64,000 nt of DNA from an uncultured Eubacterium sp. (GTDB lineage Bacteria > Bacillota > Clostridia > Lachnospirales > Lachnospiraceae), in the NCBI GenBank assembly GCA_900552795.1, contig USBB01000007.1:1753-65752 (forward strand), written 5' to 3'. The first letter of the stretch is position 1. The number at the start of each line of letters is the position of its first letter. Shown in pieces: positions 50,065-60,026 of this stretch. The notes under the pieces are model-generated. The model had not been told where the DNA came from. It did not search any database and was given only the letters and a program-made list of their open reading frames with translations. The position numbers and the translations under genes are program-made.

Positions 50065-50436
50065 TCAATTAAATTTATTACTATTTTTAACAATTACATT
50101 AATAAAAAATACAATTATAATATAAAAAATATACTGTAGTATAAATATGTAACTCCACTCAAAAATACATATTTCAAAAAAATTCATATAAATTACAGAT
50201 ACAATATTCCATAATAAAAACCATACCAATGTAAATATCTGTACACAATTATCATAAATAAAATATCTATTTTTGTATTTTTTATTGCTAACTATAATTA
50301 ACATAAATGATATAGCCAAGTTTGTTAACGCATAATAATGCTTTGTTATAATGCTATTATACAAACATATTATACATAACAATGCTTTCAATATATTATT
50401 TATTTTCTTCATTCTATTATAGCTCTTGTTAACCAA
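50065..50436 (-). CDS. Putative bacteriocin immunity protein (copy 2, identical)
   Basis: Identical 123 aa translation. Confidence 0.5.
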   Translation of the reverse strand: MVNKSYNRMKKINNILKALLCIICLYNSIITKHYYALTNLAISFMLIIVSNKKYKNRYFIYDNCVQIFTLVWFLLWNIVSVIYMNFFEICIFEWSYIFILQYIFYIIIVFFINVIVKNSNKFN

Positions 50437-50603
50437 TACGATGCTTCATATACTCCTGATACAACAGCAACCGGTGGGCATACAACTGCTCCAATTACGC
50501 CTATTGCTGCTACACAATAAGTAAAATTTTCCCAATTCCAACCACCATTGATTTCAAACAATTCTTCTATAGACAGAACGTTTAATAAATTCTCTTTTAC
50601 CAT
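50409..50603 (-). CDS. Class IIb bacteriocin precursor, peptide beta (copy 2)
   Basis: Identical 64 aa translation. Confidence 0.75.
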   Translation of the reverse strand: MVKENLLNVLSIEELFEINGGWNWENFTYCVAAIGVIGAVVCPPVAVVSGVYEASYWLTRAIIE

Positions 50604-50615
50604 TTGTTCCTCCTG

Positions 50616-50834
50616 TTAAGAATTACACGCAGCATAGATTCCAACACCTACTGCTACAACACAAGCACCAATACAAACACCTGCGCCAACAGGTCCTAAT
50701 CCCAAAGCACTACCCGCAACAGATAATCCTTTAACTATACCTGAGCCAACAGTTGCGAAAAAACCGCCACCATCAATTTCTTTCAGCTCATTCTGCGTCA
50801 TCTCACAAAATCCATCACTTAACGTCATTTCCAT
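50616..50834 (-). CDS. Class IIb bacteriocin precursor, peptide alpha (copy 2)
   Basis: Identical 72 aa translation. Confidence 0.75.
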   Translation of the reverse strand: MEMTLSDGFCEMTQNELKEIDGGGFFATVGSGIVKGLSVAGSALGLGPVGAGVCIGACVVAVGVGIYAACNS

Positions 50835-50928
50835 TTGTTTTAATCTCCTTTTTCTATAAATTTCTTTACACTTATATGAAAAAGCTATATAATTTACCCG
50901 GGCGCTTTTTCTTAAGTGCTTACTTTGT

Positions 50929-50995
50929 GGGTTTTGGTACTTTCTTTAAATTTCACCAAAACCCTTTTTATATAAATCAGCATTGAATATATCAA
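50929..50995 (-). promoter_or_regulatory. Copy 2 of the bacteriocin promoter plus palindromic operator
   Basis: Same sequence as 46470-46536, with two substitutions near the -35. Confidence 0.4.
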
Positions 50996-51511
50996 CACCG
51001 AATTATATCCCACCGTAATCGGCTGTAATTTATTTATACATAATTCTTCTTCATTTTTCTGCTCTTATCTTCTTACCCAAAACTAACATCTTATCACTTT
51101 TAAATCAATACCCATGTGCTATTCGGTAGCTAAATCGTGCTATTTGGTATATTTTTATTTCTTATACAATAATATAAATACATAAAGCATAGTAACACTT
51201 ATAATAATATTTTATGTCATATGCAGCAACGTCTATAACCCTACGCAATTTATTTTTCATTTTTACCCCTTTAAAATACAAAAAGGCCGCAATGAAACTC
51301 ATTGCGACCGAACTATCATAACATATCTTTTATATGCCTTAGACTCCAAGTTTTGCGTCCTTATATTTCTATAAGTTTGCCCCTCACATAAACAGACTGT
51401 CTTATTTATCTCCCACCTGTCAATCTATTTACCATTTATATTCCTCTCTTTTAAAAAGAATACGACATTATATTCACTTTGTCAACTCTTTTTCACTTTA
51501 AATCACTAAAA

Positions 51512-51566
51512 TCGTCAAAGACTGTGCAATCACAAATATGCCAAGACCTTTTGACACTGCAATCCT
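51512..51566 (+). repeat. Copy C of the dispersed repeat (CCAAGACCTTTTGACACTGCAATC)
   Basis: Core match plus partial upstream arm GTCAAAGACTGTGCAATC. Confidence 0.45.
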
Positions 51567-51572
51567 GTTATA

Positions 51573-51613
51573 CAAAAAACGCAGCGGACAGACAAAACTC
51601 TGCCACACTGCGT
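51573..51613 (-). terminator. Intrinsic terminator of glyA
   Basis: Minus strand ACGCAG…CTGCGT followed by TTTTTT. Confidence 0.45.
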
Positions 51614-51660
51614 AAGTATTAAAAATTATTTATCATTAATTATGTATCACTCATTATGTA

Positions 51661-52902
51661 TTATTCATAAAGAGGATACTTATCTGTAAGTCCCTTAACC
51701 AATGCCATAGCCTCAGCCTGGTTCTTATCAACATCATCAACAAGAAGTGCAATTGCCTGTGCAACAACGTCCATATCTTCTGTGTTAAATCCTCTTGTTG
51801 TAACAGCCGCTGTACCAAGTCTGATACCGCTTGTCACAAATGGAGATGCCGGGTCGTTTGGAATTGTATTCTTGTTACATGTAATATTTGCAGCATCAAG
51901 AAGTTTTTCAACTTCCTTACCGGTAACTCCCTTGCTTAAAAGGTTAACAAGCATAAGGTGGTTATCTGTACCGCCTGAAACTATATCAAAACCTCTGTTC
52001 ATAAGTCCCTTGCAAAGTGCATCTGCATTCTTTACGATATTTTCTGCATATACCTTAAAGCTTGGGTCGAGTGCTTCCTTAAAGCATACTGCCTTAGCAG
52101 CAATAACATGCATTAAAGGACCACCCTGAGTTCCAGGGAATACGCACTTATTAAACTTAAATTTGTCAGCATTTTCAGCAGAACTTAAAATCATACCGCC
52201 TCTTGGTCCGCGAAGAGTCTTATGTGTTGTTGTTGTAACAACATCTGCATAAGGAATAGGACTTGGATGCTGTCCGCCTGCTACAAGACCTGCAATATGA
52301 GCCATATCTACCATAAGGTATGCTCCAACCTCATCACAGATTTCTCTGAATTTCTTAAAATCAATAGTTCTTGCATATGCGCTTGCACCTGCAATAATCA
52401 TCTTTGGTTTACATTCCTTAGCTATTTTTAAAACTTCTTCATAATCGATAAAGCCATCGGCTGTTACGCCATAAGGAACTATGTTGAAATATTTACCTGA
52501 AATATTAACAGGTGAACCATGTGACAGATGCCCTCCGCAATCAAGACTCATGCCCATAACAGTATCTCCTGGTTCTACCATCGCAAAGAAAGCTGCAAGG
52601 TTAGCCTGCGCTCCTGAATGTGGCTGAACGTTTGCATATTCACATCCAAAAAGCTTTTTAGCTCTCTCGATAGCAAGTGTCTCAACTACATCAACATACT
52701 CACATCCGCCATAATATCTTTTTCCCGGATATCCCTCTGCATATTTGTTTGTCAATGGACTGCCCATAGCAGCCATAACAGCTTTACTTACAAGGTTTTC
52801 TGAAGCAATAAGTTCAATATGGCTTCTCTGTCTTGCAAGCTCATCATCCATGGCCTTAGCCAATTCAGGATCAAATCCTGAAACTTCATCAAATGAATAC
52901 AT
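51661..52902 (-). CDS. glyA: Serine hydroxymethyltransferase
   Basis: SHMT PLP-lysine region …[14 protein letters not shown]…. Confidence 0.9.
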   Translation of the reverse strand: MYSFDEVSGFDPELAKAMDDELARQRSHIELIASENLVSKAVMAAMGSPLTNKYAEGYPGKRYYGGCEYVDVVETLAIERAKKLFGCEYANVQPHSGAQANLAAFFAMVEPGDTVMGMSLDCGGHLSHGSPVNISGKYFNIVPYGVTADGFIDYEEVLKIAKECKPKMIIAGASAYARTIDFKKFREICDEVGAYLMVDMAHIAGLVAGGQHPSPIPYADVVTTTTHKTLRGPRGGMILSSAENADKFKFNKCVFPGTQGGPLMHVIAAKAVCFKEALDPSFKVYAENIVKNADALCKGLMNRGFDIVSGGTDNHLMLVNLLSKGVTGKEVEKLLDAANITCNKNTIPNDPASPFVTSGIRLGTAAVTTRGFNTEDMDVVAQAIALLVDDVDKNQAEAMALVKGLTDKYPLYE

Positions 52903-52958
52903 TTTTAACCTCCGTTTTTATGCCTGATTTTATTTAAAGACTTACATCAAATATATTA

Positions 52959-55349
52959 TTATATTTTAAATAAGTCAATGGCATTATTCAAATCGCTCGA
53001 ATTATTATTTAAGTTTTCTGCTGCCATATTAAGCTGCTCAACTCTTTCCAACTGCTTAGATGCTGTCTCCGTAACTTCTTCTGAAGCAGCCGCTGTCTGC
53101 TGTGATACTGCTGAAATACTCTGTATTGAATCTATAGTATGTACTTTTGCCTCAGCTATCGTATCTACACCGTTTGTTATCTCATCAAGATTTGATATAA
53201 GTTCACCAAACTGTGACTGTATATGTCCAAACACCTCTTCAGCACGTTTCAGCGACTTGTCCTGTACATCTACTATATCTTCTGCCTTTCTTGCGATATT
53301 AACCGTATCATTTGTTTTATCATTGATGTCTGCAACTATTTTTCTGATTTCATCAGCCGATTTAACTGACTGCTCCGCAAGCTTTCTTATCTCACCGGCC
53401 ACTACCGCAAATCCTCTTCCAGCCTCACCAGCCCTTGCTGCCTCAATAGAAGCATTTAAAGAAAGAAGCGTTGTCTGTTCAGCAATTTCATTAATAGCAC
53501 CAAGTATGTTTTCGATTGATTTCGATGATTCCTTAAGCTTAAGTATCTCATCAATAACATTATATGTTATATCAACATTTGTCTTTGCATTAGTCTTTAA
53601 TTCATTAATTGACTCAATACCTTCTCCGACTATATTTGTTGTATCTTCTGCTATACGGGCTATTTTAACTGAATTTTCAGAAACAAGATTTATCTTATCA
53701 GAAAGATTATCCATTAATCTTAAACATTCTTCTGAATCCTCTGCCTGCTGCACAACGCCCTTTTCAATCTCTTCTATTGCAGAAGTAATTTCTCTTGTAC
53801 CACCAAGCAAATCCTTTGCACTTTCAGTAACAACCTGAACAGAATCCTCCACCTTATCGGAAACTATCTTAGTCTTTTCAATAAGACCTTTTACATTGTT
53901 AATCATATCATTTGTACTTCCTGCAAGTACACTGAATTCATCCTTCCCCTTTACATCAACACTTATTGTCAAATCACCTGACGCCGCAAGTTCAAGCTTA
54001 CTCATAATATGCTTAATAGCATGGTCAATATTGGCTGATAAAAACCATCCAATCAAAGCTGCAATTATAATTGCAAGTATTACAATAACTGCTGAAATCA
54101 TCTTTATGGATTCTGCCTGCGCAATTATTTCACTTTCAGGTATCAATGCACATATAGTAAATCCTGTTGATGTCTGATTATATATAAATAAATGCTTTTT
54201 ACCGTCAAATTTTACATATGACCTTCCTTTTTCCTCACCGCTTTCAACAGCATTTTTATAAAACTCCTGCTGTCCTATAACAACGCCTTCCGTCTGTGAA
54301 GAGCTTCCGTCTGCTCTGTAAATTATTTCTCCGCCATCAGGTGCTATAAGCGCAGCAACACTCTTAGAACCAAAATCAACTTTTTTAAGCGTATCTATCA
54401 CAAAATTGTAATCTATATCATAAAATATGTATCCTACAGGCTTTTTTGAATTATTCAAAAGCTGTCTGCCAAATGATACTGCATATTCATCTTTGATTAT
54501 AGTGTCCACAAATTCTCTTGATGACAGCCATGCAGCACGCTCCTTATCTATAAGCTTACCCTCAGCAGATGCTTTGATTTTTTCATACATATTGACATCC
54601 GAAGTCTGAAGCTCTTTTGAATATATAGGTTTTCCATATGAGCCTACAACGGTTATTCTTGAAATGGCATCATTATCAAGTGCTGTAGATGAAAGTGTAT
54701 TATACATTGAATTATGCTGCTGGTTTTCATTTATCGGATTATCGGCATATGCACCTGAATAATAATCCTGTATTACTTTATTATTAGCAAGATTTTCTGC
54801 CTCCATCTGAACATCTGACAAAACAAGATCACAGTAATCGGCTGTCATCTGCATTGTAGATTCCGACGTTTCCACAAAGCTTTTTGTAATCGCACTTGAA
54901 GCTGTTGTATATGACACAATACCTAAAATAAGTATTAAAATAACAGGAATTATAAACGCACCTATAAGTTTCATTTTTATTGAAAGACCTGATCCGAAAA
55001 AGTTCTTTACAGCCACAACCAACTTATTGCCCTTCTTATTATTAGCCAATTTTTTCTTTTTCGACTTATGTTTATCCAAGGTATCATCAGCTTCTTCATT
55101 TTCTAAAACCGGCTGTTCCCCGTCATTTTCAAAAGTCTCTTTTGCAGCCTCATTTACTTTCTCTGCCTCTGTCTCAACTTTATTATCTTCTGTAATTTGT
55201 ATAATTTCTGTCTGCTCTGCTCTGTTTTCAGAAACTTCACATGCAGCATCTGTATTATCAGCTTTACTTTCAACTGCGGCCCCTTCATCATGCATAAGCT
55301 GGGTGTTGTTCGGATTAATTAAATTTTCTTCATTTTCGCCCATAACCAT
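52959..55349 (-). CDS. Methyl-accepting chemotaxis protein with Cache-type sensor, HAMP, and a ~115 aa acidic/Lys-rich N-terminal extension
   Basis: C-terminal MCP signalling domain (…[34 protein letters not shown]…), two TM segments flanking a periplasmic domain. Confidence 0.85.
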   Translation of the reverse strand: MVMGENEENLINPNNTQLMHDEGAAVESKADNTDAACEVSENRAEQTEIIQITEDNKVETEAEKVNEAAKETFENDGEQPVLENEEADDTLDKHKSKKKKLANNKKGNKLVVAVKNFFGSGLSIKMKLIGAFIIPVILILILGIVSYTTASSAITKSFVETSESTMQMTADYCDLVLSDVQMEAENLANNKVIQDYYSGAYADNPINENQQHNSMYNTLSSTALDNDAISRITVVGSYGKPIYSKELQTSDVNMYEKIKASAEGKLIDKERAAWLSSREFVDTIIKDEYAVSFGRQLLNNSKKPVGYIFYDIDYNFVIDTLKKVDFGSKSVAALIAPDGGEIIYRADGSSSQTEGVVIGQQEFYKNAVESGEEKGRSYVKFDGKKHLFIYNQTSTGFTICALIPESEIIAQAESIKMISAVIVILAIIIAALIGWFLSANIDHAIKHIMSKLELAASGDLTISVDVKGKDEFSVLAGSTNDMINNVKGLIEKTKIVSDKVEDSVQVVTESAKDLLGGTREITSAIEEIEKGVVQQAEDSEECLRLMDNLSDKINLVSENSVKIARIAEDTTNIVGEGIESINELKTNAKTNVDITYNVIDEILKLKESSKSIENILGAINEIAEQTTLLSLNASIEAARAGEAGRGFAVVAGEIRKLAEQSVKSADEIRKIVADINDKTNDTVNIARKAEDIVDVQDKSLKRAEEVFGHIQSQFGELISNLDEITNGVDTIAEAKVHTIDSIQSISAVSQQTAAASEEVTETASKQLERVEQLNMAAENLNNNSSDLNNAIDLFKI

Positions 55350-55433
55350 ACTCCTTTTATCTGTTTAATAAATATATAATAATATAATATTTATCCCCCA
55401 GTAATACAGCCGCATATCAGTACTGTCGTATCT

Positions 55434-57242
55434 TTATCTCTCTGTATTTTTAATATCTATCGAAAGCTCATCAAGCTGCTTTTCATCAACCACATCAGGT
55501 GCATTTGTAAGAAGACATGATGCATCCTTTACCTTAGGGAAAGCTATTACATCTCTGATACTGTCACGTTTTGCCATAAGCATAACAAGTCTGTCAAGAC
55601 CATATGCAAGTCCTGCATGAGGAGGTACACCATACTTAAATGCATCAAGTAAGAAGCCAAACTTCTCATTGGCAGTCTCGTCCGTAAGTCCGAGTGCCTT
55701 AAACATTCTTGACTGAACGTCAGCCTGATGTATTCTAACACTTCCTCCGCCAATCTCAGTACCGTTAAGGACTATATCGTATGCCTTAGCCCGCACTGAA
55801 CCCGGATCGCTTTCAAGCTTCTCAAGATCCTCATCCATAGGCATTGTAAATGGATGATGCATTGCAACAAATCTTTCTTCCTCATCTGACCATTCAAACT
55901 GCGGAAATTCTGTTATCCACACAAATTTATATTCATTCTTATCAAGCAAATCCATCTGCTGTGCAAGCTCAACTCTTAAAGCACCAAGAACATTCCATAC
56001 AATCTTATTTCTGTCAGCAGCAAAAAGCAGTAAATCTCCGTTCTGACCGTCAAGAGCTTCTATAATAGCGCTCATTTGCTCATCTGTCATAAATTTTGCA
56101 AATGAAGACTTAACTGTTCCGTCCTCCTGAATAGCAATATACGCAAGTCCCTTTGCACCGTATCCCTTTGCAAAATCAACAAGTGCATCGATTTTTTTAC
56201 GAGGCATCATACCCTGTCCCTTTGCATTTATACCGCGCACTGAACCACCATTTTCAATAGCTGTAGTAAATACGCCGAAACCACAGTCTTTAACAAGTTC
56301 AGTTATATTCTTTAATTCCATTCCAAAACGCAAATCAGGCTTATCTGAACCAAATCTGTCCATAGCCTCCTGCCATGTCATTCTCTGAATAGGAAGCTTA
56401 ACTTCAACATCAAGGATTTCCTTAAAAAGATATGCCAAAAGTCTTTCGTTTACATCAATCACATCATCAACGTCAACAAATGACAGTTCCATATCTATCT
56501 GTGTAAATTCAGGCTGGCGGTCTGCACGCAAATCCTCATCCCTGAAACATCTTGCAATCTGCATATATCTGTCATAACCTGAACACATAAGCATCTGCTT
56601 AAACAACTGAGGTGACTGCGGAAGCGCATAAAATTTGCCAGGATGTACACGGCTTGGTACAAGATAATCTCTTGCTCCCTCAGGTGTACTCTTTGTAAGC
56701 ATAGGTGTCTCTATCTCAAGAAATCCCTCATTTGCAAGAAAAGCTCTTGTAAGTGTTGCAACCTTGCTTCTCATAATAATATTTGACTGTATATCAGGTC
56801 TCCTAAGATCAAGACATCTGTACTTAAGTCTTAATTCTTCTTTTGTATTAATATTTTCCTCGATTGGAAATGGAGGAGTCTCTGCCTCTGACAAAATTCT
56901 AAGTTCTGTCGCAATCACTTCTATATCGCCTGTCTTAAGATTAGAATTAACTGCACCTGAACGCTTATTTACATCACCTGACACCGCGATAACGTATTCA
57001 TTTCTGAGTGTATATGCTTTATCAAAACCATCCTTGCCAATACTGTTTTCATCAAAAACAATCTGTATAATTCCGCTTCTGTCACGCAAATCAACAAAAA
57101 TCAATGAGCCAAGATTTCTTCTTGTCTGCACCCATCCCATTACCGTTACTTTCTGTCCCACATTATCAGAAGAAACCTCTGTACATCTGTGAGTTCTCTT
57201 TAAGCCTACCATTGCTTCAGCCATCTTATTTTTTTCCTCCAT
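55434..57242 (-). CDS. aspS: Aspartate--tRNA ligase
   Basis: Class II aaRS motifs (…FRDEDLRADRQPEFTQIDMEL…), OB-fold N-terminus, 602 aa. Confidence 0.9.
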   Translation of the reverse strand: MEEKNKMAEAMVGLKRTHRCTEVSSDNVGQKVTVMGWVQTRRNLGSLIFVDLRDRSGIIQIVFDENSIGKDGFDKAYTLRNEYVIAVSGDVNKRSGAVNSNLKTGDIEVIATELRILSEAETPPFPIEENINTKEELRLKYRCLDLRRPDIQSNIIMRSKVATLTRAFLANEGFLEIETPMLTKSTPEGARDYLVPSRVHPGKFYALPQSPQLFKQMLMCSGYDRYMQIARCFRDEDLRADRQPEFTQIDMELSFVDVDDVIDVNERLLAYLFKEILDVEVKLPIQRMTWQEAMDRFGSDKPDLRFGMELKNITELVKDCGFGVFTTAIENGGSVRGINAKGQGMMPRKKIDALVDFAKGYGAKGLAYIAIQEDGTVKSSFAKFMTDEQMSAIIEALDGQNGDLLLFAADRNKIVWNVLGALRVELAQQMDLLDKNEYKFVWITEFPQFEWSDEEERFVAMHHPFTMPMDEDLEKLESDPGSVRAKAYDIVLNGTEIGGGSVRIHQADVQSRMFKALGLTDETANEKFGFLLDAFKYGVPPHAGLAYGLDRLVMLMAKRDSIRDVIAFPKVKDASCLLTNAPDVVDEKQLDELSIDIKNTER

Positions 57243-57293
57243 TCAATCGTCTCTTTGTCTATTATAGCAAATCTGTATCAATATTTATCCATT

Positions 57294-59336
57294 CTAAATA
57301 TTAAGTATATCATGTATATCTAAATCATCAAGTGCTATCTTACTATTTTCAATAAGTTCAAGAACTGATTTTTCATGTATCATACGCTGAAATTCTATAA
57401 ATACCCTCATATCAAAGTTTTTCACTTCATCTATCATAATCTCTACAGCTGTATCAACATCAAATGCTTTTCTGTAAGGTCTGTCTGATATAAGAGCGGC
57501 AAATGCGTCAACAACTCTGATAATTCTTGCAGAAATCGGTATATTTTCACCCACGATATTGTCAGGATAACCGCTTCCGTCAAAACACTCATGATGCCTT
57601 AACACTGTTTCCAAAACATTTTCATTAAAATCATATCCGCAGAGAAAATCACGACCGATTTTAGAATGCATTCTCATATATTTCAATTCTTCTATAGAAA
57701 AAGCATTTACTGCCCTTCCATACAGATACTGAGACAGCTTAAGCTTCCCCACGTCATGAATCATTCCCGCAAGCTTTATATCATAAGCCTCCTCTGGTGT
57801 AATGCCAAGTTCAAGTGCCAGCCGGTAAGACAGATTAGCAACAAGAATACCATGCGAAATTCCGCTCTTAAAATCATTTATCATATTATCGATAAGTTCA
57901 TACTGTCCTGCATTTCCAACATGGTTTTCTTCCATAAACTTTGCTTTGCGCTCAATCATCTCATCTATTCTGTCTATATAATTATCTACATTCTTGACAT
58001 TTTCGACGCGCTCTATTCTTGTACCTTCATTTTCATCCTGATTAAATACAAATTTTGAAGATGCTCCGGCACCAATAGCAATTATAGTCTGCTTCTCTTC
58101 CATGATAAGAATATTGTAAATACATTCTTTTCCCGGTTTTGAATATCCGACGTTTTCAAGATTTCCGGCAATATTTTTCTGTCTGTACATATAATATGGC
58201 TCGTGCCCCATTGCTTTGGCATAGTCTGCTGCCATCGAAACAATTTCATTATTATTATCAATTTCTAAATCTGCATATTTTTCACGCCATATATTTAGAG
58301 CAGCTGCGCGTTTTATCGCCAGTGAATGAACTGTAAGGCTCTCAGGAGAGAGCTTCTTAATCTGCTCTAATGTATTTTCAACCTTAGCGGCATCCTCACC
58401 CGGAAGCCCTAAAATAATATCCATATTTATATTGTCAAAGCCTGCCTGCCTTGCCATTTCAAAAGCCTTTACAACTTCACTTACGCTGTGTCTTCTTCCT
58501 ATAATTTTAAGCGTCTCATCATTCATCGTCTGAGGATTTATAGAAATTCTGTCAACATTATGTTTTTTTAATACTTTAAGCTTCTCATAAGTTATACTGT
58601 CAGGTCTTCCCGCTTCTACAGTCAGTTCTTTTACATTTTTCATATCAAAATGAGTTTCAAGATTTGTAAGAAGCCTGTCAAGCTGTTCAGGTTCAAGTGT
58701 TGTAGGTGTTCCGCCCCCGAAATATACTGTATCAAGTCTGCAGCCTTCCATAGCCTTTGATACATATTCCATTTCTTTTATAAGGGCATCAAGATATCTG
58801 TCCACTTTCGATGCATACGCTGCAAGCGAATACGATGTAAATGAACAATAAAGACATGTTGTAGGACAAAACGGAATCCCTATATATAAGCTGTATCCGT
58901 TTTTGTAATCCAAATCTTCAAGAATCTGCTTTTCCGTTTCTGCCACCTTTATCGCAAGCTCTGCCTTTTCATTGCTGACAAAATGTTTGCTGACAAACTC
59001 ATCATATATCTGCTTTTTATCAGCATCCTGTTCAAGCATTGTGTATGCAATCTTGCTTGGTCTTACTCCTGTAAGATATCCCCATGGCAGCTGTTTTTTA
59101 GTTTCGCTGCTCAATTTAAGATACAGCTCTCTCTTAAATTCATCATGCAAAACTTTCTTGCTCACGTTCTCCTTATCAGGAGTTTCAACAGCAATAACCA
59201 TATCCTGCGGCAAAATTTCTGTATCTGCTTTTTTTAATGCAACGTCCGTTCTTGGATAAAATGAACGGACAAGAACAACAGCATCATCATAAAAATTCAG
59301 ATCACTTATTTCTATATATATCATATTAATCCCCAT
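57294..59336 (-). CDS. HemZ/HemN-like radical SAM protein fused to a C-terminal HD-GYP domain
   Basis: CPTTCLYCSF (CxxxCxxC) at about residue 160; C-terminal ~180 aa with MIHDVGK and HHECFDGSGYPD (HD-GYP). Confidence 0.7.
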   Translation of the reverse strand: MGINMIYIEISDLNFYDDAVVLVRSFYPRTDVALKKADTEILPQDMVIAVETPDKENVSKKVLHDEFKRELYLKLSSETKKQLPWGYLTGVRPSKIAYTMLEQDADKKQIYDEFVSKHFVSNEKAELAIKVAETEKQILEDLDYKNGYSLYIGIPFCPTTCLYCSFTSYSLAAYASKVDRYLDALIKEMEYVSKAMEGCRLDTVYFGGGTPTTLEPEQLDRLLTNLETHFDMKNVKELTVEAGRPDSITYEKLKVLKKHNVDRISINPQTMNDETLKIIGRRHSVSEVVKAFEMARQAGFDNINMDIILGLPGEDAAKVENTLEQIKKLSPESLTVHSLAIKRAAALNIWREKYADLEIDNNNEIVSMAADYAKAMGHEPYYMYRQKNIAGNLENVGYSKPGKECIYNILIMEEKQTIIAIGAGASSKFVFNQDENEGTRIERVENVKNVDNYIDRIDEMIERKAKFMEENHVGNAGQYELIDNMINDFKSGISHGILVANLSYRLALELGITPEEAYDIKLAGMIHDVGKLKLSQYLYGRAVNAFSIEELKYMRMHSKIGRDFLCGYDFNENVLETVLRHHECFDGSGYPDNIVGENIPISARIIRVVDAFAALISDRPYRKAFDVDTAVEIMIDEVKNFDMRVFIEFQRMIHEKSVLELIENSKIALDDLDIHDILNI

Positions 59337-59370
59337 TTCTTAAACAACTTGTTGTAATTCCTGATTAAAT

Positions 59371-60003
59371 TTACTGACAATAAGGGTTATGCTGTTTTTC
59401 GTAAGCTATTGTAGAACTTTCCCCATGTCCCGGATATATCTTTGTATCATCCGGCAATGTAAAAAGCTTTTCTTTAATGCTATGTACAAGCTCACTCATG
59501 CTTCCCGTCGGAAAATCAGTTCTTCCTATTGAAGCGCAAAAAAGCGTATCTCCGCTAAACAAAATACCTGCTTGCTTAATATAATAGCAGACACCTCCCT
59601 CAGTATGTCCCGGCGTATGCAGGCACTTTATGGTCATTTTACCTATCTTCAGCTCCTGGCCATCCGAAAGCCATTCATCCGCAAAAAGACTTATATCCTT
59701 ATCCAAAAGCATTGTTGATAAATTCATATCAGAAACTTTAAGAACCTGCTTCTCTTTGTCTCCTGCATACAGCTTAACGCCAAACATACGCCTTAACTCA
59801 TCTGCCGCAGACATATGATCTGCATGTCCGTGCGTCAGCAATACAGCTTTAAGCGTGCATCCGCTTCTTTTTATCATATCTCTGATAAACGCGGCATTAT
59901 CTGCCGGGTCTACCAATACACATTTCTTTTCATCATCATTGATAATAAGATAACAGTTTGTCGCGACACTTCCTAAAACAACCTGCTCCGTTTTTATACA
60001 CAT
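59371..60003 (-). CDS. MBL-fold metallo-hydrolase (glyoxalase II-like)
   Basis: LLTHGHADH zinc-binding motif. Confidence 0.75.
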   Translation of the reverse strand: MCIKTEQVVLGSVATNCYLIINDDEKKCVLVDPADNAAFIRDMIKRSGCTLKAVLLTHGHADHMSAADELRRMFGVKLYAGDKEKQVLKVSDMNLSTMLLDKDISLFADEWLSDGQELKIGKMTIKCLHTPGHTEGGVCYYIKQAGILFSGDTLFCASIGRTDFPTGSMSELVHSIKEKLFTLPDDTKIYPGHGESSTIAYEKQHNPYCQ

Positions 60004-60026
60004 ATTCTGACTTTTCCCTCCTAAAA

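Larger units (their letters stand above)
49803..51005. repeat. Direct repeat copy 2 of the bacteriocin cassette
   Basis: Offset of 4459 bp from copy 1. Identical alpha, beta and immunity ORFs; the flank after the promoter differs (GyrI-like gene absent, next small gene frameshifted). Confidence 0.8.

Noticed and set aside
45345-51005. Possible CRISPR array (regularly spaced repeats)
   Set aside because: Only two copies, each about 1.2 kb and protein-coding, 4.46 kb apart. No short 25-40 bp repeat/spacer periodicity anywhere in the window.
52978-53838. 286 aa plus-strand ORF antisense to the MCP gene, and similar antisense ORFs in argJ, argB and aspS
   Set aside because: Ser/Ala/Ile-rich mirror frames of well-supported genes; typical artefact of AT-rich coding DNA.
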